Notes under the pieces: generated by a model | What the model was told of the DNA's origin: nothing | The model's input: only the letters and a program-made list of their open reading frames with translations | Databases searched by the model: none | NCBI GenBank assembly: GCA_024762535.1 | Contig: JANTHG010000001.1 | Coordinates: forward strand, 211 to 64,210 | Source: Calditrichaceae bacterium | GTDB lineage: Bacteria; Calditrichota; Calditrichia; Calditrichales; Calditrichaceae | DNA: 64,000 nucleotides | Direction of reading: 5' to 3' | Part shown: positions 57,079 through 64,000 of the stretch, one piece after another | Position numbering within the stretch: the first letter of the stretch is position 1 | How the letters are laid out: the number at the start of each line of letters is the position of its first letter | Program-made: the position numbers and the translations under genes

Positions 57079-58728
57079 ATGCCCATCGTGTTTTCTAAAC
57101 GTATTCTGGTGCTTCCATTACTGTTTTTTATATTCATTCTATTGGGCTGTTCGGTAAAAAAGTCAAATAAAGAGCTTTCTCAGCCTAAATATGGCGGTAC
57201 ATTAAAATTGAAAATCATTGTACCGGTTGAAAACTTGGACCCTATTCAAACCCTTTTCTATACGGATTGGAGTGTATCGAATTTAATTTATGAAGGGCTG
57301 GTTAAGTTTGGACAAGATTTTGACACAATAGAACCGCTTTTAGCGGAAAGCTGGCAGAAAGAGGATGGCGGCAAACGTTGGGTATTTACACTAAGACCTG
57401 ATGTTTATTTTCATGACGACCTCTGTTTTCCCAAAAGGCAGGGTAGGAAATTAGAAGCAAAGGATGTCCTTTATTCTTTCCGGCGCATTGCCAATCCCAA
57501 ACTTAATACGCCCAATTGGTATATGTTTTCCGGGAAAATTGAAGGTATCGATGCGTTTCATTCGGGGAAGGCAGAAACAATTTCCGGCATACGGGTATTG
57601 GATTCATCCCACATCGAATTTCGTTTAACCCATTCTTACGTTACTTTTCTTAAACTGCTGGCCACTCCTGCAGCTTCCGTGGTCCCGCAGGAGGCGCTGG
57701 CTTTTTACAAAAAGGATTTTAAACTCCACCCTGTAGGAACAGGGCCTTTTATTATGGCGCAATGGGATCAAATGAAAAAAATAACTTTGGTCCGGAATAC
57801 TCACTATTGGAGACAGAATATCAAAGGTCGGATGCTCCCTTTTTTAGATGCTGTTGAATTTTATATAAAACCAAACTATACCTTTTCCGAATCAGATTTT
57901 TTAAAAGGAGAGTTTGATATAATCTCAGCAAATGATAGTGAATATGTACGCCTTTCGAAAACAGAAGGATTTGCCAAAAAGTTTCAAATAAAACAATATT
58001 TTCAAAAATTAGCAGTCCGATTTTTAGCCTTTTCCATGAATACAAATACAATCCTTTCTAAAGATACGAACCTGAGACGGGCGCTAAGCTGGAATTTTAA
58101 TCGCCCTTTACTAATTAAAAATTCCCATGGCTCATCTTTTAACCTGGCCCATAGTTTGGTTCCGCCTGCATTATTGGGTACTAAGCCGTTAAATGAAGCA
58201 ATGTATGATCCGAAACAAGCCGCGGCGATGATTAAGAAAACAAATTCAAAGCAACTGAACCATCCTTTGGTTGTATCATCCAATTTGCGTTCTCCGGCAT
58301 TAGAATTATTTAAGAAAAATGCCGAAGCGTTAGGGCTGACTATAAAAATGGATATTCGAAATATTCGTTATTATGAACATATTATCACCGATCATCCGGA
58401 TATTTTTAGAGTTAGCTTTGTCCCTTCTTATCCGGATCCTGAAGAGTATTACATGTTATTCTATTCTAAAAGCGGTCCGGAAATTAATTTGACGAACTAT
58501 AAAAATCCGGAATATGATCGTATCTTGGAGCAAGCAATTTATGAACAAAATACATCCAAACGTCTTTTGCTTTTTCTGAAATTAGAGCAAATTCTCGCAC
58601 AAGATATACCCGCTATTTATCTATTTCATAATAAACCCGTCTATTTGATCACACCCCGTTCAATTCATGGTATAAAAGGTCGGTTTCTGGTTTTAGATTA
58701 TAGTGAAGTCTGGATGGAAAATAAATGA
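57079..58728 (+). CDS. family-5 (peptide/nickel-type) solute-binding lipoprotein
   Basis: Lipoprotein signal MPIVFSKRILVLPLLFFIFILLGCS. KYGGTLKLKI...ENLDP is the SBP_bac_5 N-terminus. Its stop overlaps the kinase start (ATGA). Confidence 0.85.
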   Translation: MPIVFSKRILVLPLLFFIFILLGCSVKKSNKELSQPKYGGTLKLKIIVPVENLDPIQTLFYTDWSVSNLIYEGLVKFGQDFDTIEPLLAESWQKEDGGKRWVFTLRPDVYFHDDLCFPKRQGRKLEAKDVLYSFRRIANPKLNTPNWYMFSGKIEGIDAFHSGKAETISGIRVLDSSHIEFRLTHSYVTFLKLLATPAASVVPQEALAFYKKDFKLHPVGTGPFIMAQWDQMKKITLVRNTHYWRQNIKGRMLPFLDAVEFYIKPNYTFSESDFLKGEFDIISANDSEYVRLSKTEGFAKKFQIKQYFQKLAVRFLAFSMNTNTILSKDTNLRRALSWNFNRPLLIKNSHGSSFNLAHSLVPPALLGTKPLNEAMYDPKQAAAMIKKTNSKQLNHPLVVSSNLRSPALELFKKNAEALGLTIKMDIRNIRYYEHIITDHPDIFRVSFVPSYPDPEEYYMLFYSKSGPEINLTNYKNPEYDRILEQAIYEQNTSKRLLLFLKLEQILAQDIPAIYLFHNKPVYLITPRSIHGIKGRFLVLDYSEVWMENK

Positions 58729-60575
58729 AGTTCAGTTATAGCTTAAAGATTAAATTTGTGATATCCTATGTCTTGTTTACCACATTTTTACTGTCCAGTA
58801 TTCTAATTTATTTTTATGTCTCATCTAAGGGCCAAATAAAAAATCGGGCAAAACAAGAATCTGTTTACTATAATAGAATCCTGTCTGAGGCGATCCAAAC
58901 GCAGATTCAGCATACAAAATTTGAGTTGCAGGACCTTCGTCTGCAATGGCTTTCTACCTTTCCAACAAAAAAAAATATTCGGGGAATCAAAGGATCCAAA
59001 ATGGCTCCCCTTAAAAAATTTGTTTCCGGTTATCCACGAAAATATACAGAGATAGCTATTTTGAACTTCCCCAAAAAAGAAAAATATTGTATCCGGCCAT
59101 TGTTAGCGTTGAATGGAAAAATCGAATATGTGACTGTTCATGAAAGCATCAGTCAGGTTCGGTCTGGACTTTTGGGCACAGAAGGCTACAGTTTGAAGGG
59201 GGAATTACGAATGAGAGCGCCGGATTTAGCTTTACCGGCTCATCCCGTACAATTCGTTTTACCTTTATTCCCTAAATTAGGTCTTTATTTAAGCGCTTCC
59301 ATCAATTTTGATTTTTTGATTAAACAATCTGTTTTAGACGCAAAGTGTCCCGATTCTATACAGCCGTTTATCACGGATTCTTCCGGATCTATTTTGTATT
59401 CGAACAATGTTGCATGGTTAAACCAATCCCTTTTTCAGATTTTTTCATTACCTACATACTTTCTGGATGAGTGTTATAAAAACAGAAACGCCACTGTTAT
59501 CATTAAAGAAGATGCCTGTTTCCACTGTGCCTATCTTTTGAATATGAAAAGTTATGTGGGAATTCAACGGAAATTCGCTTCAGAAATGGAACAGCTTAAC
59601 CAGCAAATTTTCGAAGCTATCCTGTTTGCCGGGTTGATTTTTCTTATAGCCGGGGTTCTAGGCCATTTTCAATTGATAAGAATGACTCAGTCATTATCGG
59701 AAGTAACCCGGGTAAGCAATCGAGTTGCAGAAGGTGATTTTACTGAAAAAATTGGTGTAACCCGAAAAGATGAACTGGGCGTATTAATTGAGGCCTTCAA
59801 TCAGATGGTCGATAAACTGGATGAAAACTACCATAAACTAAATCAGATGAACACCGAATTAAAACGAACCATTGATGATCTGCACCAGGCCAGAGAAGAG
59901 TTATCCCGCCAGGAGCGTTTAGCAATAATTGGAGAAACGGTTTCGAAGATATCCCATGAAATTCAAAACAAAATAAGTGGAGTCAGTATATGGGTTCAAA
60001 ATCTGGAAGCCCAGGCGGATGATGACTCACGCCTTTATATTAACGAAATCAGGAATGCGCTTCAGTCTTTTATGGATTTATTAATCAATTTCAAAAATTT
60101 TTATAGATTACCTAAGCTGAATAAAGAACAAGTAGAAGTAATTTCTCTGATAGACAGTGTACTCAAACGCTATGGATCTGAGCTTTCTAACAAAAAACTA
60201 AAAGTCGTTAAAAAGTACGGCAGTGGTCAAAATAAAATTTATGCTGATGCTAATTTACTGGAAGAAGTATTGTTAAACATTCTGTTGAATGCTGTTTATT
60301 TTTCACCCTCAGGCGGAACCATTTATTGTTCCTATGGGGTTGAAAAAGGCTTTCATTTTATCTCTATTGAGGATGAAGGGCCGGGTGTCCCCCTTCGTGA
60401 TCGCAAAATGATATTTCAGCCTTTTTATACAAATAATCCCAGTGGCAGCGGTTTGGGGTTGGCCATTAGTTACAATATTATTAAGGCGCATCAGGGAAGT
60501 ATTGATTATGAAGATGGTGCACAGGGCGGTGCGAAATTTACAATCAGAATTCCGGAAGATAAAGAGTTGACATAA
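58725..60575 (+). CDS. sensor histidine kinase (two TM segments, about 280-aa periplasmic domain, HAMP, HisKA, HATPase_c)
   Basis: TM1 is FVISYVLFTTFLLSSILIYFYV and TM2 is ILFAGLIFLIAGVLGHF. HAMP is VAEGDFTEKIGVTRKDELGVLIEAFNQM, the H-box is ISHEIQNKISG, and the G-boxes are EDEGPGV and GSGLGLAI. Confidence 0.88.
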   Translation: MKFSYSLKIKFVISYVLFTTFLLSSILIYFYVSSKGQIKNRAKQESVYYNRILSEAIQTQIQHTKFELQDLRLQWLSTFPTKKNIRGIKGSKMAPLKKFVSGYPRKYTEIAILNFPKKEKYCIRPLLALNGKIEYVTVHESISQVRSGLLGTEGYSLKGELRMRAPDLALPAHPVQFVLPLFPKLGLYLSASINFDFLIKQSVLDAKCPDSIQPFITDSSGSILYSNNVAWLNQSLFQIFSLPTYFLDECYKNRNATVIIKEDACFHCAYLLNMKSYVGIQRKFASEMEQLNQQIFEAILFAGLIFLIAGVLGHFQLIRMTQSLSEVTRVSNRVAEGDFTEKIGVTRKDELGVLIEAFNQMVDKLDENYHKLNQMNTELKRTIDDLHQAREELSRQERLAIIGETVSKISHEIQNKISGVSIWVQNLEAQADDDSRLYINEIRNALQSFMDLLINFKNFYRLPKLNKEQVEVISLIDSVLKRYGSELSNKKLKVVKKYGSGQNKIYADANLLEEVLLNILLNAVYFSPSGGTIYCSYGVEKGFHFISIEDEGPGVPLRDRKMIFQPFYTNNPSGSGLGLAISYNIIKAHQGSIDYEDGAQGGAKFTIRIPEDKELT

Positions 60576-60588
60576 ATAAGGAAGTCCG

Positions 60589-61974
60589 ATGAAAATTTTA
60601 TTGGTGGAAGATGATGCCATACTACGGAAAGGGATTCGGGTATTTTTAACTCGGGAAGGGCATGAAGTTGTTGAGGCCGAAAACGGAAAACACGCCTTTA
60701 TATTACTTAAAAAGGATCCTGTAGATTTAATTGTCTCGGATGTGATGATGCCTGAAATGGATGGCCTGGACTTGCTGAAACACGTACACGCATACCGCCC
60801 ACAGTTACCTATACTTATGATGACCGCTTACGCTTCGGTAAAAGATGCTGTTTTTGCAGTGAAAAATGGTGCGGAAGATTATTTGACCAAACCGCTCGAT
60901 TTGCAAGAGTTGAAAATAAAAATTAGCAAGATTGAGGAAAAAACAGCGCTTCTTGCAGAAAATAGTGATTTGAAAGAAAAGATTAAACGTTTGGAATTTT
61001 CGGAAATGGTTGGAACAAGCCCCCCGATGCGTGCGCTAAAAGAGATGATCCGGCGAGTGGCAGCAGACCCTACTCTTCCGGTAATGATTAACGGAGAAAG
61101 CGGTTCGGGAAAAGAACTGGTCGCACGCGCCATTCATTCGTTTAGTGAACGGGCAGCGAATCCTTTTGTGGCTGTTAATTGTGCTGCCTTTCCTGAGGAA
61201 TTGTTAGAGAGCGAATTGTTCGGGTATAAAAAAGGAGCTTTTACCGGCGCGAACCACGATAAACCAGGCTATTTTCAGGAAGCGGACAAAGGAACGCTCT
61301 TTTTAGATGAAATAGGTGATATGAGTGCTAAAATGCAGGCCAGGTTATTACGGGTTTTGCAGGAAAAAACAATACAGGTATTGGGGAGCACCAAAACGCA
61401 AAGAATAGATGTGCGCATCATTGGAGCCTCAAATAAAAAATTAAACGATCTCGTAGAGCAGGGGATCTTTCGTGAAGATTTGTTTTACCGCTTAAATGTA
61501 ATTGAACTAAAGGTGCCTGCATTGCGCGAGCATCCCGAAGACATTCCTCTGTTAATTGACTATTTTGTAAAACAAAAAGAAGAAGTATCCGGAAAAAAAT
61601 TATTCTTTTCTTCACAAACCATAGAAATGTTGCAATCCTATTCCTGGCCCGGGAATGTACGTGAGTTAATAAATTTGCTGCGTCAGCTCCAAATAACCTG
61701 TATTTCGGAACAAGTACTTCCAACCGATATTCCTTTAAAAATCCGTCAATCAAAGCCGTTCGATGCGAAATATTTTTCGGATGAATCATTTCCATCCGAT
61801 TACAAACGGGCTTTAAAGGGTGCGATTCAAACGTTTGACTTCAACTTCTTAAACAATCAACTGAAATTGAACAAAGGGAATATTTCAAAAACGGCAAAAG
61901 CCATTGGATTGTCTCGTGTAGCTCTTCATAAAAAAATAAATGATTTGGGAATACCTATGAAACGCGAGTCATAA
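60589..61974 (+). CDS. sigma-54-dependent response regulator (NtrC family enhancer-binding protein)
   Basis: Receiver domain (DLIVSDVMMPEMDG). The AAA+ domain carries GESGSGKELVARAIH, the GAFTGA sigma-54 contact loop and ESELFGY. The C-terminal Fis-type HTH is ISKTAKAIGLSRVALHKKI. Confidence 0.92.
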   Translation: MKILLVEDDAILRKGIRVFLTREGHEVVEAENGKHAFILLKKDPVDLIVSDVMMPEMDGLDLLKHVHAYRPQLPILMMTAYASVKDAVFAVKNGAEDYLTKPLDLQELKIKISKIEEKTALLAENSDLKEKIKRLEFSEMVGTSPPMRALKEMIRRVAADPTLPVMINGESGSGKELVARAIHSFSERAANPFVAVNCAAFPEELLESELFGYKKGAFTGANHDKPGYFQEADKGTLFLDEIGDMSAKMQARLLRVLQEKTIQVLGSTKTQRIDVRIIGASNKKLNDLVEQGIFREDLFYRLNVIELKVPALREHPEDIPLLIDYFVKQKEEVSGKKLFFSSQTIEMLQSYSWPGNVRELINLLRQLQITCISEQVLPTDIPLKIRQSKPFDAKYFSDESFPSDYKRALKGAIQTFDFNFLNNQLKLNKGNISKTAKAIGLSRVALHKKINDLGIPMKRES

Positions 61975-62004
61975 ATTGCCATCCTCTATGGTAATTTGTT
62001 TTTT
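61975..62004 (+). terminator. probable rho-independent terminator after the regulator gene
   Basis: ATTGCCAT-CCTCT-ATGGTAAT (8-bp stem with one G-U pair) followed by TTGTTTTTT. Confidence 0.55.
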
Positions 62005-62026
62005 ACACTGTAAAGATAACTTTACA
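62002..62026 (+). promoter_or_regulatory. candidate enhancer (UAS) for the sigma-54 activator
   Basis: Overlapping palindromes TTTACA-C-TGTAAA (62002-62014) and TGTAAAG-ATAA-CTTTACA (62009-62026). They lie about 85-100 bp upstream of the -24 element. Confidence 0.35.
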
Positions 62027-62105
62027 AACCCATTAACCATTCTTTATTAATTCTATTTACTTAACACCTATAATTTCAAGCTCTTATGCCTCATGAACAT
62101 AAAGC

Positions 62106-62120
62106 TGGCATTCCAATTGC
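62106..62120 (+). promoter_or_regulatory. sigma-54 (-24/-12) promoter
   Basis: TGGCAT-TCCAA-TTGC has the exact canonical GG-N10-GC spacing of TGGCAC-N5-TTGCW. It lies about 180 nt upstream of the receiver-protein ATG. Confidence 0.6.
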
Positions 62121-62301
62121 CTTTTATTGCCATGAATTGTCTCAGATTGTATTTCCAATAGAACGGTAGCTTGGTAAACTTTGGTTTCAGAGAAAAAGGA
62201 TGAATGCCTAAGCTTACCTCCCGGTATCACCTGATTCTAAGAAGCTGACGGCATACCCACAATGAATCAAAGTAATGGTACTATTGTGAAAGAGAGCGAC
62301 T

Positions 62302-62679
62302 ATGGGAAAAAATAAAGCAGGATTTCGGGCATTGATTCTGGAAACAGAGCAATCGCAGCGAAAGGGCCTGGCTTTAGCCTTAATGGATTTTTGTTCTGAT
62401 ATTAAATTTACAGGAAATCCTCAGGAAGGCCTTGAAATGTTGCGTACGATTGCTTTTGATATCATTATAACTGAATTGAAATTTAAAACTGCCGACGGCA
62501 TTGAAATAATAAACCATATAAAACAAACACAACCCAATGCTGCCATTATTGTGTGTAGCGCTTATCTTACTCCCTATGTAAAGAAGCGTCTGGAAAATAT
62601 GACCATTCAGGATGTTTTTGAGAAACCGGTCAATCTTGAGCATCTAAAGAAACGAATTAGCACATTGCTTTCCGGATAA
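62302..62679 (+). CDS. single-domain receiver protein with Glu replacing the phospho-acceptor Asp
   Basis: CheY-like length and pattern (RALILE..., FDIIITELKF, AAIIVCSAY, VFEKPV). The acceptor position reads E (ITELKF) and the acidic pair reads E-T. Confidence 0.72.
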   Translation: MGKNKAGFRALILETEQSQRKGLALALMDFCSDIKFTGNPQEGLEMLRTIAFDIIITELKFKTADGIEIINHIKQTQPNAAIIVCSAYLTPYVKKRLENMTIQDVFEKPVNLEHLKKRISTLLSG

Positions 62680-62724
62680 AGCTATATTTATTAATTCATT
62701 TAAGTTGAACGAAGGAGGTCTAAA

Positions 62725-64000
62725 ATGAAACATTATGTACAAAAAAGTTTGACTATTGCTCTTTTAACTATAGTATTTTCGGGTGTCCTTTGGGCTAAAG
62801 CCGTTCCAAATGTCCAAAATAGCAGCCATAACCATATGGTAAATTCTGTATGGACTTTACAAAAGATGAGAGCACAATTTGGACAAGACTATCTGGTAAT
62901 GTATTCAAAATTGTTTTTAAACGGGCCAAGTTTCCGGCTGGAGGCGGATTTGGGTCAAAACCAGTATCAAAATTCGAGTTTAAAAAAACAACTTCAGGCG
63001 AACGGAAATTTACTAACAGAGAAATTAGTAGAAATATGGGATAATGGAACTTGGGGAAATAATAGTTTAGTCACTTACACCTATTCAGCTGATGGGCAAA
63101 AACAGGAAGAAGTCTCGCAGAATTGGGATGGTGCCAACTGGGTAAATAGCGTGAAATATCAATTTTCATATGATACCAATAAGAATTTAACAGAGATGCT
63201 GATGCAAAATTGGGATGGCAGCACCTGGATGAATTCCAGCCGGACAAGGTATGGGTATGATGTAAACAATAATGTTGTTGAACTCGTCTTTGAAATGGCA
63301 ATGGGAACGGATTGGTTGGGTATGACCAGAATGCAATTTACTTATGATGCCTCTGGAAATATAATTGAGGAATTATCTCAATCCTGGGATATGATAAATT
63401 CGGTATGGCTCGATAACATGCGCACAACATATACTTATGATGCAAATGCACTCTTAACCCAAATGATTGATGAAAAATGGGATGGCAGTGTTTGGAATAA
63501 TAGTGCGCGCTATACATATTCTTATGATGGTGCTGGTAATAGAATAGAAGAACTTACAGAAATTTGGTATGAAAATGCCTGGACGAATTCAGAAAAAACA
63601 GTTAATGTTTATAATTCGAATAATTTGGTTACGGAAGAAATACATTCTGGCTGGGATGGAAGTGCCTGGGAAAATACATCACGGGATTTGTACACGTATG
63701 ATGCAAACGGACATATAATAGAATCACAAGGTCAAATCTGGAGTGAAAGCGCCTGGTCAAATGATCAAAAAAAGGATTTTACCTATAATGCAAATGGCTG
63801 TTTGGAAAGGGAATTAACTCAGGCCTGGGATGGCTCTGCATGGCAAAATGATACCCGCTCGACTTTCACTTACGGAGCCGTGGGAATTGGTGAGGATGTT
63901 AGCCATCAAATACCCCAGGATTTTAACTTGTCCAACTACCCGAATCCTTTTAATCCGGCAACTACAATTGTTTTCCATCTTCGCGCCAAAGCTTATGTAA
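62725..64000 (+). CDS. secreted Trp-rich / YD-like repeat protein with T9SS C-terminal sorting domain (3' end outside window)
   Basis: GGAGG lies upstream of ATG 62725, which opens signal peptide MKHYVQKSLTIALLTIVFSGVLWA. My own translation is open to the window end and shows ten roughly 29-aa repeats of WDGS.W.NS.R.TYTYDANGN..EE. It then reads [19 protein letters not shown]. The ORF track missed it because no stop lies in the window. Confidence 0.85.
   Translation, partial: MKHYVQKSLTIALLTIVFSGVLWAKAVPNVQNSSHNHMVNSVWTLQKMRAQFGQDYLVMYSKLFLNGPSFRLEADLGQNQYQNSSLKKQLQANGNLLTEKLVEIWDNGTWGNNSLVTYTYSADGQKQEEVSQNWDGANWVNSVKYQFSYDTNKNLTEMLMQNWDGSTWMNSSRTRYGYDVNNNVVELVFEMAMGTDWLGMTRMQFTYDASGNIIEELSQSWDMINSVWLDNMRTTYTYDANALLTQMIDEKWDGSVWNNSARYTYSYDGAGNRIEELTEIWYENAWTNSEKTVNVYNSNNLVTEEIHSGWDGSAWENTSRDLYTYDANGHIIESQGQIWSESAWSNDQKKDFTYNANGCLERELTQAWDGSAWQNDTRSTFTYGAVGIGEDVSHQIPQDFNLSNYPNPFNPATTIVFHLRAKAYV

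Noticed and set aside
1-64000. A complete bacterial microcompartment locus, a defence island, or a mobile element or prophage
   Set aside because: No ORF shows the BMC-H pattern and there is no aldehyde dehydrogenase or PTAC. There are no restriction, Cas, Abi or toxin-like genes. There is no transposase, integrase or phage structural gene. Only the single EutN-like gene and the DeoC extension point to a BMC.

Overview
This is a 64-kb chromosomal window with about 48 protein-coding genes and one tRNA-Leu. I see no rRNA, CRISPR array, transposase, integrase or recognisable defence system. Three secreted proteins end in the NYPNPFNP-type type-9-secretion (T9SS) C-terminal sorting domain. Together with a short ParE, a long ParC and sigma-54 regulation, this points to an FCB-superphylum bacterium (Calditrichota/Ignavibacteriota-like), which I cannot verify without a search. 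Most content is housekeeping:
- Translation and RNA processing: rplU-rpmA, RNase G, rpsA, rsgA.
- DNA and cell shape: recQ, parE/parC, mreB.
- Metabolism and envelope: pfkA, plsX, anmK.

Items worth a second look, in rough order of interest:
1. A lone EutN/CcmL microcompartment vertex gene sits inside a phosphomutase-eutN-deoC-nucleoside phosphorylase operon. The DeoC carries a roughly 55-aa N-terminal extension that looks like a microcompartment encapsulation peptide. No shell hexamer gene occurs in the window.
2. A self-contained sigma-54 circuit (solute-binding lipoprotein, histidine kinase, enhancer-binding regulator) is followed by a near-consensus -24/-12 promoter. That promoter would drive an Asp-to-Glu receiver protein and a Trp-rich repeat T9SS cargo.
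3. A free-standing prodomain-like lipoprotein lies directly upstream of a T9SS subtilase.
4. An uncharacterised 667-aa protein overlaps a stand-alone NFACT-R (DUF814) gene.
5. A family of composite intergenic repeat clusters occurs at five sites.

All functional calls rest on motifs read by eye from the ORF translations. No database search was possible.
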